Below, one piece after another: positions 13,277 to 25,015 of a stretch of 64,000 nucleotides of DNA. The stretch lies in assembly GCF_009834535.1 (NCBI RefSeq), contig NC_045697.1, forward strand, positions 51,338,001 to 51,402,000, given 5' to 3'. Positions within the stretch are counted from its first letter, which is position 1; the number at the start of each line of letters is the position of its first letter. Source of the DNA: Camelus ferus. Taxonomy: Eukaryota. The notes beneath the pieces are model-generated. The model saw only the letters and a list, made by a program, of their open reading frames with translations. It made no database searches and was not told the DNA's origin. The position numbers and the translations under genes were made by a program.

Positions 13277-14119
13277 GTGAAATAGAACAATATATGTTAT
13301 CTGTTATCACTGGTGGTTTTTTTTCTTTTTGATGATAATGAGGATGATGATAATGACAGTAAGTATTAGTCCTGTTTTCTGAATAGTTTTAGAAATGTAC
13401 TAAAGAACTGGGAATAGAGAAGTAAACATCTTATAAATAGCCAGTGATTAAAAAGTCTGAAACACATTATAAATTTTGAATGATTTTACCTGCTTAGTTT
13501 TTTTCTTAGACTCCTCTTAAAATTAATTTTTATCTGTAAATATATAACAGATCTGTATCAGTGTCTTCTGAGTATGTTGTGCTGAAACTAAACCATCACA
13601 GGAATAAACATCTTCCTTAAAATGCCTGTATATAGGTGATTCATATTCACCTATTTACATATAAAAATAAGGATAGTTTTTGGTTTTCATGTTCATAAAA
13701 AAATAGGAATTGGGAGAAAAAGTGTTAAAATTTTAACATGATTGCTATTGAAATATGTTCCCTGAAAGTTTTTGGTAATCTCTAAAATAGAATGGATTCT
13801 GAGAAGCAGAGAATATTTTTAAATAATAAAAACATATTTATTGATACGAATTTTTATTACTTTAGGAAATACATAATTTGAAATTCTTGAATGAAATTCA
13901 CGAAGTATCATAGGTTGCATATGCCCATGGGGTTTGGTGCATGGGTTTGGGGGATTTCTTTGGTTTTGGTTTTGTTTTATTTTCATTAGATTTTTTTGTT
14001 GAAAAAGCATTGTGGTTTTTCTAACAATGCAGCCAATACAGGTTAGGTTTTTTAATACATTGCTAATTAATACAGAATGCAATTGAGGCCATTAACATTG
14101 CTTTCTTTGGTACATTCCA

Positions 14120-16400
14120 ACAACCTTGTTTTAGACAGTTTCCAAAAATTTCAAACTTACAGAAAAGTTGAAAGAATAGTTCATTAAGTATCCATATTCC
14201 TTTCACTTAAAATTACCATTTTTTAAACGTTTTACTCCATTTTCTTTTATTTCTGTTTGCTTTTTGTTGTTGAACTGTTTGAAAGTAAGGTTCAGAAATG
14301 ACAGTTCAGATCTAAAAACTTTATTTTGCATCGCTTAAACGTAACACCATTTTCTTACACATCTACAATACCATCATTAAATATCTAATATATTAACATG
14401 AATTCAGTAATATCCTCTGATAATGCAGTCTCTAGTCATGTATCCCCGGTTGTCCTAAAACACTTTTTATAGATTTTTTTTTTCCCTTCTGAACCATGAA
14501 CTACTTAAGGTAAACATGTTGTGTTGGCTATCTCTCTAAAGTCTTTCAAGAATAGCACAAAGAACTCTTGTATATTTTTTGGATTCACCAGTTAATATGT
14601 TGCCACATTCCTCCCTTTCCCCACCACTATCCCTGTGTGTGAGTGAGTGAGTGTGTGTGTAGTATAGTCTGTGTATAGGGTTTTTTATCCTGAACCAGAG
14701 TTAGTTACAGATACCCAGCTGATTTCCCCTAAATACTCCCAAATTATAATATTTTGGAAGAATAAGAACATTCTCTTACACAACTACAATGCAGTCATCA
14801 AATACAGCAAATTTTACATTACTACATTATTTTTTAACACTTTTTATTGATTTATAATCATTTTACAATGTTGTGTCAAATTCCAGTATAGAGCACAATT
14901 GCATTACTACATTATTATCTAATGTATAGTCCGTATTCACATTTCACCAGTTGTTCCAATAAATATGTTTATTATTTCCTCTCATTCAAGATTCAAATCA
15001 GTATCACAGACTGCATTTAATTCCCGTAGCTTTTTAGTTTCAATCTGGAACTATTTCCTCAGCCTTTCAAAGAAAGATTTTGTTAAGATTACAGGTCAGT
15101 TGTTTGATAAAATGCCTCAGTTTGCTTTTCAGACATTTCTTCATGATTAAGTTTATGTGTTTTTGACAGGAATATTAGTATTAGTCAATGTTGCATCCTT
15201 CTCAGTATATTACATTAGAAGGTATAAAATGTCAGTTTGTGCTATTATTGATGCTTTGATCACTTGGTTCTACACTGTCAAATTGTCATATTTCCCTTTG
15301 TAATTTGTAAGTAATCTTTGGGGAGTTACTTTGACTGTTATTATTCCTCGTAAGATTTTCAGGCAGAGTATAAAGAGTGTAAGGGAATGGGGGAAGAAGT
15401 AGCACTTATCTCAGTATAAATAATAGTTTTACTTTTGTAACCATGTTAATGTTTATAAATTTAAAACAAAATCAACTTTGATGAAGAAAAAAACATTAAA
15501 ATTGAATATAAGTAGAAATAGGTAAACCTGTCTACGTTTTAAATTATTAATGTAAACCTACCAAAAGAAAAATAAACAATTCAAAAAACTCTTGAACACA
15601 GTACTCTGTATGCCCTTCAGTCTAAAGACAAACAGACTTCAGACAAATCTCCATTTCTGTTTAGGACATTTGTTTTTTATAATATTATGGATAAGCAATT
15701 CTACAATTATATAGATTATATTGTGGGATTGAGCAAATGAATAAATAAGTATATTGATGATGAAATGATCCAGGGTTCTCACTGTAAGAAATGTAGAGAG
15801 AAATGTAGAGTAGAGTAAACCAAGGAAGAATCCTATTGACTGGATTGGAATTAGAAGATCAGTATTAACTCTTGATTTTTAAATGACATAAGTATTGGGT
15901 TGAATCATATAAAATTGCCATTTTTTCCCCTAGTGCTATCTACTGAAAGGGCTTAGAAGCAGTGAGTTTTCAGTAGCATTGTGCACTATCTGTTAAATAT
16001 TTTAGTCCACTAAAAGAAACTAGGGCTCCTTGGGGAAATAGCTGATTTGAGAACTGGTGCAGAGAAAGTATAAGGGGAGCCTGCAAAAGTCTTATAGTGT
16101 CGGAAAGTAATTATGTAATTAAGTGCTCAGATGATGGGGACATGTCAGTAAGGACACAGGAGGCAGCTTGAAGGGGCTCTCACTGGCCAAATTCAGGGTA
16201 TTTTGACCATCAAAGTGAATAATGTCACCACATTGGATAAAACAAATATCCATGAGAATATAATAATTATAAATAAAATTTAAAAATTTGAAGTGCAAGA
16301 GAGAGAATGTTCTTCTTTACAGTATAATGACAACTCATAAAAGTAGAAGGAATTATAATTTGAGTTATTTTGCAACTATTAGATTGATTCAGGCAAGACT
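14120..16400. mobile_element. Cluster of ancient L1 3' UTR fragments (minus ~14120-15350, probably plus ~15370-16400)
   Basis: ttcaaacttacagaaaagttgaaagaatag; aagaacattctcttacacaactacaat; ctagggctccttggggaaatagctgatt...aaggacacaggaggcagcttgaaggggctc. Confidence 0.55.
14832..14901 (-). mobile_element. 70-bp terminal fragment of a young L1 with 15-bp TSD
   Basis: tttttattgatttataatcattttacaatgttgtgtcaaattccagtatagagcacaatt, flanked by perfect CATTACTACATTATT at 14817-14831 and 14902-14916. Confidence 0.8.
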
Positions 16401-17440
16401 CATTTTTACCTTTAATACTGAATTTCTAACTAGTTTGTATTATCCTTACCTAATGTAAGTCTTAATACTTTTTAGTGACCATTTAGTTTGTTTTGTCTGA
16501 CTTCCAACTCTTCTTTAGGTAATGTGTTCACATGAATGTAATTTCATATTTTTCTTTCTTTACGGTAGTCTTTTAAAATTTTGTTTTCAGTGTTAGGTAT
16601 TTTCTTAAAAGTTGCAATTCTGGATGCTGTTGTAGGACTAATCACAGAAGCGTGAACTTATATTTCACAATATATTTATCTGGTTTTAGTACTTGAATAG
16701 GTTTTATCACATTTTTCCATACATTCCACTTCTCTCTTCCCTCCTCCTCTTTAGGATGTCAGGACATGATATTAGGACTCTGGCAAACTAAGTTGGGATG
16801 TCGGGGACATGGGCCCCTTCCTTAAAAAAGAAAAAAAGAAAGAAAGGGAAGCAAAGAACCTTTCCTGAGGCCCCAGAACAACAGATTGGTGATGCCCAAG
16901 TACTTTCTGCATACAGGTTGGGCAGAGATCACTTGAGCCTTTATGCCACTCAAACTGCTAAGGTCTAACCTATCAACACTCAGCCAGTCGGTGCATTGTT
17001 TACTGATCACTGTCTCTGGTCTATGAGCTTCAGTCCTTGGCAACTTTAGTCAGTGAGCCATTTTGACATTCAGTCTTATAAAGCTTTTGTCGGGTCAAAA
17101 AGCAGTAAAAAAGCATTACAATTTTGAAAGGAAAAAACTAATTTTACATTGTGACCCAGTATACATGAACATGTGTGTGTAATTGAAATATATTTACAAA
17201 ACAATATTTATCCTCACAGTATATATAACATGCTGGTATTTTCTATTTTTTTTTACCTTAAAAAATTTTTTTGTGTTAGTCATGACCAGCCACATTTATC
17301 TCATTATCTACTGTGGTTTAATCAACACTGAACTGAAGCATGAAGAAAGTACAGTGTGATTTTCCTGCAGGAGCACTTTTTCCATTTGTAAGTCACACTG
17401 CTCTTTCAATTTGAATTCAGGACCCTGTTGTCATTTCAAA

Positions 17441-17575
17441 ACTGAAGTGGATTTACTGAAGCTTAAGATTCAGGATACCTCATTTGTAAGGGCCTCTGCC
17501 AAGGTCCTATACCTAATTTTGTATTCTTTTTCTAAAGACAGATTCCTTAGATTATATAGGATCTCACAACACTTC
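17441..17575 (+). mobile_element. MER53-like hAT element
   Basis: gtggatttactgaagcttaagattcagg...gggcctctgccaaggtcctatacctaattttgtattc resembles the MER53 consensus. Confidence 0.6.
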
Positions 17576-20285
17576 TAAAACCTATTTTTTCTCTAATAAT
17601 ATAAGTTGGCATATTTTAAAATAATATGACTCTGGATTAGATTTTGCTTGTTTTTTTTTTCCAATTAAAGAAATTATTATGATTAGAGGTGAGAAAAGAA
17701 AGTAGAATAATCAGGCTCTTTTCATTGCAAGGAATATAGACCTACCCAACGAATCTCCAGGAAAATGGTGTTTAAGGCTATATAGGGCCATCTTCAGAAC
17801 TATCCAGAATTTGTGACTCCTATTTTCCATCACTTTAGTTAGAGGACTTATGGTCTCTCACTCATGATTTGTTTTCTTGTGAGTCTCCTCTATTTACTCT
17901 CTTTACACCTAGGCTTCTTCATAATCTCATCTTGTATATGGTCCTCAAAGATTAAATTCATAGTTGATTAAACAAGTTTTTCTCTGTTTACCAATTGCAC
18001 CTTCCTGTATGAGAAATATGATTGGCTCAGTTCATATGTTCAAGTACAGTCATGTCAGTCACAGATAGTTGGCTTGCCTGAAGTAGATCATTCTTCAGTC
18101 AGATGCTTGGCAGTAGTCCAGTAAAGCCATCAGGGAAAAAGCAGAAAACAGTCATCTGATTAAAAACAAACAAAAACTATGGCTAGTGAGGTGGCAGAAT
18201 CTGTGAAATCCCTTAAATGAGATGAGTCAGCAGGCAAGCCTACTTATTTTCTACATTTGAACAAAATATGGAGGGTTCCTGTTATTTTGCTTTGGTTTTG
18301 TTTTTTGAAGGCTACAGGATAGGAAAGAGAAACTAGCTCTAACACAGAGGTTAGGGAGAGCTCCCAAGGATGACTCTGAGGGAAGGTAGGATTCATTTGT
18401 CCTTCCTTCCATCAGTCCTTCCTGCTTAAGCAGCCTTCCATCCTTGCTTCCTTCTTGCCTGCCACCTTTGACTGATTGTGTCTTCATGTTAGTTTTCTGG
18501 ATTGGCTTCTCTCAGGTATATAATTGTGCCCTTTCAGTATGTAGTTTAAAAAACAAAAAACAGAACTTTGTTTATCCTTTGTGTTTACAACTTTTTGTGT
18601 TCCCTGCAGTTCAATTTAGTCTTTTCTGGAATATTATTTCATTTCTAATACTTTCCTGAGTTTTGTTGTCTTGTTTCCAGTTTTACTAATTCTGAATTAT
18701 GCTGTCCTTTCAAATCTTTCTTTTATTTCTTTCAGCTCACTTTGGGATTTTAGATTATAGTCTTTTTCTGATGTGCCTTTAGAATATTAGAATATAGCTT
18801 TCTTTCTGGGATGCTTCTGTTATCTACCAGATTTTGTGGGTTCATATCTCTTTTAGTTCTTTGTATACAATTCAACTGCAGTTCTGTTCTGTTTTACATT
18901 TTTAAATGAACTGAGTCTTCCTGAACTTTTAGAAGGAATAAATTGATTAAGACATTTTTCCTACTTTAAGGACTCTAGAATTTCCTCTTATTGGGAAATG
19001 TGCAAAAATATGGTCTTCTACTTTGTTAAATCTCCTTGCTTTGTTGTCCTTACTCATCTATCCAGCCTACCCACCCACCTCTGCACTACTCTTGACTGGA
19101 TCTTCGCTTTGCTTTGCTTTTGTTGTCTCTTTCCTGTTCAGTTTGGAGTCTGTTCCCAGAAGTTTCTGATCAGTGTAGGGCTTTATCCTGGCAAGGGGCT
19201 TCAGCAGGTACCTGTAAGAAGTCATAGGGCCCTTGTTGCTCCAGCTTCCTCAGACCTTACTGTGAATCCCCTGCAATCACCCGCGCATAGGCAGAGCTCT
19301 CCCACTTTCACCTGCTGTTCTCAGATTGGCCTGCCCTGATTTCCTCTGAAAGCCTGTGACTATTTTGTGATTCTCCTGTTTTCAGTTCTGGAGAATTGCT
19401 TCCTTCCACATAGATGCTGATACTACATGAGTCTTATAGCTGTTGGTGATTTGTCTCTATTCAACTTGTATTTTTGGATTCACCTGGATATGTTTTCTGT
19501 TAGTTTTGTTATAAATGTTATCCATGGATTTTAGGCTTTGCTAACTTAATGACTGTTTTTATGGGAGGATTTGGGAAGAATCAAAACCTTTGCTACTGCT
19601 ACTTCCATCATCCTAGAATTCCCTCTTATACCAGTGTAATTTTAAGGTGAATTTTAAAATACTTCTAGTTGCTTTAAATACATCTATGTGGCTTCTCCAT
19701 TTTCTTATGATTTGTTAAAAGTAAATGCTGTAAAGTAATGCTAATGTATCCATGACCACAGGAGATACATTTTAATTTTCCATTAGAGGGTAATAGTTTT
19801 CTTGGTTTACTTTTACAGATAACAAGTCTGTATATTTCATGTTTTTATTCCCCAATAAAGTCAAAATCCATATAATAAATTATAATTTATAGGGTACTTT
19901 AGGATTCATTCCTTTTAAGTTAATAGTCACTACCTCTCATTGAGTGGTGGTACTATCAATTTAACCAAAATAGACCTCTACAAACACTAGTAAGATGGAA
20001 TTGATCTCCACAGTACTTTCCAATTCTATGATTTTAAAATATATCTGAGAAGTATTTTTTGAAACATATTCAGGTCATTAATATTACTGAATTTTTCTTT
20101 TTCTTCCAAATTCCTTGAAACGTATCTGAGGAAATGGAAGTACTATTCTTATATGTGTACAGATAGATAGATTGATTTTGTAAATTTATTAGCTACTTGA
20201 GTCCCTTTGGATAGAAACAGACACACACACACATATTTACCCACATACACATACATATAGAAAACTTAAATGTAAAGATAGTTAA

Positions 20286-20425
20286 GGAGGGAGGGTATAG
20301 CTGTGTGGTAATGCATGCCTAGCAAGCACAAGGTGCTGGGTTCAGTCCCCAGTACCTCCATCAAAAAATAAGTAAGTAAACCTGATTACCTCCCCCTGCA
20401 AAAAAAAAAAAAATTAAAAATAATA
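20286..20425 (+). mobile_element. tRNA-derived SINE (Vic-1-like) with 14-bp TSD
   Basis: GGAGGGTATAGCTGTGTGG...GGGTTCAGTCCCCAGTACCTCC and poly-A; TSD GTAAAGATAGTTAA at 20272-20285 and 20426-20439. Confidence 0.9.
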
Positions 20426-21380
20426 GTAAAGATAGTTAAATGAAAAAATATCATTAAATGATCGTCACTAGGGCATACAGTCAGACAGTTATGAATAAAT
20501 TTTAGCTATGAAGGTAACTGTTCTGACTTTTAAGATTCAAACTCCTCCAGAATTTAAACTATTTAAATTTAAATGTGCTTGATATTTAAGGTTTTCACAA
20601 GAAATAGTTATGGTTGGTTGTTTTTGTTTTTCTTCTTCTCTATAATGTATAAAGAGATTAAATCACTAATGAGTACTCCAAATTGCCTGTATTAAGAACT
20701 AGCCTTGTTTTGATAAGTAAAGCTTAAATTGCCATTTCTAAAAGTGTGTTTTGTGGAATATCCACAAGATAAAATAAAACAGTTGGGATATGAAGTATAG
20801 TCTTCTATTGGTGTTTTATCAGCATATTAAAGTTTTGTAAAGTCCTGATTTAAAGAAACTTTTTTTTTTAAGCTAGATTTTCTGAGTTTGTTAGGTACCT
20901 GAATGTCTTTGTTTTTTTTAATTGTAACATACCAAGGGACAAATGTTCCCAAGGAAAACAGCTTGAGAATTGCCAATACAAGCAGTGATTTTTTCCAACC
21001 TCCATTTTGTTGTTGTTGTTATTGTTTGTTTTTTTAACTTAACCTTTGTCTTCTCATTGCTCTGGTGTTATATTTTGTTCACTGTCAAGGAGTAAATTTA
21101 TTTAAATATTAATTAGTGTGTAGTTGTAGCATTCACATCTTCACATTATGCTATCATGAAACTAAATGGGAAAATTGTGAGCTAAATTAAAAAATAACTG
21201 TGATGTCATAGAACTTTAACCAAATTTTAATATACGTAATTTATTATTTAAGCATTATTTTCATATTTCATTTTTCATCATAGAATGCGTGTTTAAGTGT
21301 CTTCAGAATTTAAGATTTTGTTTTTCAAAATTTCAAGCCCTACAGATGATATTTATTTTATTTCAAAATATCTTCTCTAG

Positions 21381-21629
21381 ATTCTCCCACACAGTCAGTA
21401 TCTTCTGGAGTTCGTGCACCTTCTCCTGCCCCCTCATCAGTACCTTTAGGGTCAGAAAAGCCCAACAACGTCTCTCAGGACAGAAAAGTTCCAGTCCCTA
21501 TTGGGACAGAACGTTCTGCTCGTATCAGGCAAACTGGAACTTCAGCTCCATCTGTTATTGGGAGTAATTTGTCCACATCAGTAGGGCATAGTGGCATCTG
21601 GTCCTTTGAAGGAATTGGTGGCAATCAAG
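21381..21629 (+). CDS. ANKRD17: ANKRD17 coding exon
   Basis: ttctctag|AT acceptor; G|gtatga donor; (D)SPTQSVSSGVRAPSPAPSSVPLGSEKP...PIGTERSARIRQTG...IWSFEGIGGNQ; 249 nt, phase 1-1. Confidence 0.93.
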
Positions 21630-22090
21630 GTATGATATGCTATTCTGCTTACTGGAAATTAAGTTTATGCATTTAAAATATTTTAAGCAGTATGTAACTA
21701 TCATAGGCATTGTTTTAAAAAACCTGTATTCATATCACTTTGTTTTGACTAATCAATTTATTTAAGTTTTGGAACATTTTACTTTATTTTATTATGTTAA
21801 GGAGATGTTAATATTTCCTTTAGGGCTCTTTAGCTTTCATCTTATCTTAGCTTTTTTTTTTTGTTTTCTAACACAAAGTGTTTAAGTTACTTTATTAGGC
21901 TATAATATCACTATCTACAAACATGGAAATACTGCAGTAAATATGTAAGAGTGGGTCATTCTGAAGGAATTCACAATTCAGTGTGGAAAATATTAGAAAT
22001 ATATGTGTATATGTTTGTTTGGGGTTTTTTGCTGTTTTCTGATTTTAAATATCACCAATTATTTTTTTCTGCCTCTTTGTTTTCCCTCAG

Positions 22091-22269
22091 ACAAAGTAGA
22101 CTGGTGTAACCCTGGGATGGGAAATCCTATGATTCACAGGCCAATGTCTGATCCAGGAGTGTTTTCACAGCATCAAGCAATGGAGCGAGAGAGCACAGGA
22201 ATTGTAACTCCTTCTGGTACATTCCATCAGCATGTTCCTGCAGGATACATGGACTTTCCTAAAGTTGGG
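22091..22269 (+). CDS. ANKRD17: ANKRD17 coding exon
   Basis: tttccctcag|AC acceptor; GGG|gtaatg donor; (D)KVDWCNPGMGNPMIHRPMSDPGVFSQ...MDFPKVG; 179 nt, phase 1 to 0. Confidence 0.93.
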
Positions 22270-22668
22270 GTAATGGTGATTTAAATAAGCATTTGTATTA
22301 TTTCTAGATGTTTTCCTTACTATTAGCCTTATTTAACTTCCCACTTTCCCATAAGCATTTGTGAAATGATGCTGGAGCTTTGGGTTGGAATGATAGGTCA
22401 AAGGCTGGCTAAAATATAAATATTTATAAATCTTGATTTTGTCCCAGTGGTTTAGAGAAATGTTTTTTAACAAAATATTTTTTATATAGTAGGCTTATAG
22501 TATCTTCTATCTAATGCTAGAAGAAATCATATAATGGAAAATAATTTTTATATCACAGATAACAGAATGAGGTGAAGTTTCAAATATCAATTTTGAGGCT
22601 GGTGATCATACTGGGAAAAGTAACCAGTAACTTGAACATGCATAATCTTTGTTTTCTCCTTTTTTAAG

Positions 22669-22833
22669 GGTATGCCTTTTTCTGTGTATGGGAATGCAAT
22701 GATTCCTCCAGTAGCACCTATTCCTGATGGTGCTGGAGGACCCATATTTAATGGCCCTCATGCTGCGGACCCCTCTTGGAACTCCCTGATAAAGATGGTT
22801 TCAAGCTCCACAGAGAATAATGGCCCTCAAACG
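22669..22833 (+). CDS. ANKRD17: ANKRD17 penultimate coding exon
   Basis: tttttaag|GGT acceptor; ACG|gtaagg donor; GMPFSVYGNAMIPPVAPIPDG...ENNGPQT; 165 nt, phase 0-0. Confidence 0.94.
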
Positions 22834-23547
22834 GTAAGGCTGATCATTCAGTGAACATTTACTTAGTGTTTATGGGATGCCAGTACAAATAGGACACAGA
22901 TAAATCATGGTAGTGAGAGAGAATGGCAAATATGGGCAGTTGAGGAAACTGGAAAATTTAATATAGCTGAAATATAGCAGAGGGATGTGAAAAATGGTAC
23001 CAAAGGTAGTGGTTTGGGGCTAAAATTATGAAAGATGTTATATAACATATTCCATTGGGTAGCAGATGGTAAGTAAAAGATTTTAAGTTGCAGAGTATTG
23101 TAATGTAATTTTATGTATCAAAATTTACTAGTGTGAAAAGGGCCATCTAGAGGTTATTTATTAAAAGTATTTTAAGTGCCAAAACAGTATATAACTGTGA
23201 AAATGCACAGAAATGGTTGTATATTTTAGCTTATTGTGGTATATGTTTAGTATCTCTGATTCATTTTCCTCCCACAATCAGCAACCTGTATGTACTCAGA
23301 TAATGGTCCTTAAAAAATACTGATAAATCAGATCCTGTTTGAGGGATAAAAGGAGAGGCAAGAAAACAACAGATAAAAGTGGTTTCTTGCTGTTTTTCTT
23401 CATTATCTCCCAGTATGCTGCAAATTGACTGAGACTTAGCTGTTTTAGTTCATAAATATTAGGAGACTTCCTTAGTGTTTAAGAGTTTTGTTTTAATCAA
23501 ATATATGTTAAATATGTATTAATAAAATGCATGCTCTATATTCATAG

Positions 23548-23607
23548 GTGTGGACTGGACCCTGGGCACCTCACATGAACAGTGTGCATATGAACCAGCT
23601 TGGCTGA
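23548..23607 (+). CDS. ANKRD17: ANKRD17 terminal coding exon with stop codon
   Basis: ttcatag|GTG acceptor; VWTGPWAPHMNSVHMNQLG* ending TGA at 23605-23607, followed by a second in-frame TGA. Confidence 0.94.
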   Translation: MWTGPWAPHMNSVHMNQLG

Positions 23608-25015
23608 TGAGGATCAGCTTGTTAGCCTGCAGATTCCTTTTCATTCAGAGGAAATCACAAGTGGCCGAAAAAAATTTATGCTCCCAAATCATTCTACTGA
23701 TGTGCTTGACTGAAGTGTGTAGGCTTTTTGCAGAAGAACTTACTAACTGACCTATTTTCTGTGAACATTTGTGACTGCCCATTCCCCACCATCATCTGTT
23801 TTACCTTAGTTAGCATTTTTCTTATCATTTTTCTTTTTTTCTTTCCCTCTTCCCCTTTGGACATAACTTTCTGTTGAAGCTGTTCTTTGGCTGGTTGGTT
23901 TTAGTACTGTAAACTGCTTCTGAGCAAACACGGAAATTTAGCAAAATTATGTAAACTTGATCCTGAAGTTTTAGAATGGCAAATAAATGTACAATTGTTT
24001 ACATAACAGAAAAGGCTAAGCAGAAAGTAAATTTCAATATGTCAGTATAGAGGCTCTACTTTATGTAGACTTAAATTAATGTGAGATATGTACCTTCATA
24101 TTCAGAAATCTGGATGTTTCCTTCATACATTAAACTATTAATAAGTATAACTTTTCTGCTTGTGTAATTTAAGTATACAGTAAAGCAATGGGCATTATTA
24201 GTGAATGTTTCCCGACGTTGGCTTTTAAAATACCATGTTGCTCTCTTTTGAGTTTGTCTGCAGCAAGGCACATATAGAATAAGAAATTTATCACTTTTTC
24301 ATGTCTCTTTTATTACCTTGTCACACCTTTAAAACTAATACACACTTCTCTCTTCACTCTTTTTTCTTTCCTCACCCTTACCACTAATACCAGTAAAATT
24401 TTCTTGCTAATCGTGAAATAATGCTGTAAAGATTTTTACTCTAATGGCTGCTACAGAGAGATGGAAAACCTTCATCATCACCTGTGGTTTCTTCTGACCA
24501 TAAAAACAATTCAGTCTTTCTGAGAATTTAAAAAGCCACTATTGTTCCCAGTCAGCATATACAAACTCTTAATATACTGTTTATTAAACAACTCAGTGTA
24601 CTATTGGATAACATTGATTCTTAACTTTGGCTTTTGAGTCATCAGGAGTCAACATAAAAATTCCAATTTTCAGTAATTTAATGGGAAGTTTTGTTTTGTT
24701 TTTTTTTCCAATTTTAAAGGCTTCTCAACCTCTACACTTGTATGTTATCAGTGAAAAGGATCAACAGCTAACTTGGGGCAAGTAATAAAATTTTGTATTT
24801 GTCATTAAGACAATTTATGGTAGACATGAATACACAGATTACAAAGTGAAGTCTCCATTTAACTTGTTTATATAAGACATAGGGCCACACTAAATTACTC
24901 AGTGGGATTTATATATTCAGTTCACTTGAAACAATAAACAGTAATGTATCCAAGAAGAATATGTGTCCTACCCTGTCTCCTGTGGAAAATAAATTATATG
25001 GCTGAAATGTAAAAG
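23608..25015 (+). other. ANKRD17: ANKRD17 3' UTR (end approximate)
   Basis: AT-rich sequence without recognisable repeats after the stop; AATAAA at 23982, 24784, 24933 and 24988; which signal is used cannot be determined from sequence. Confidence 0.65.
24988..24993 (+). terminator. Candidate distal polyadenylation signal of ANKRD17
   Basis: AATAAA, one of a cluster at 24784-24993, with a T-rich tract near 25035-25065. Confidence 0.45.

Noticed and set aside
18998..19339. 113-aa ATG ORF in an ANKRD17 intron
   Set aside because: Lies in T-rich sequence resembling an old antisense L1 5' region; no domain or splice support.
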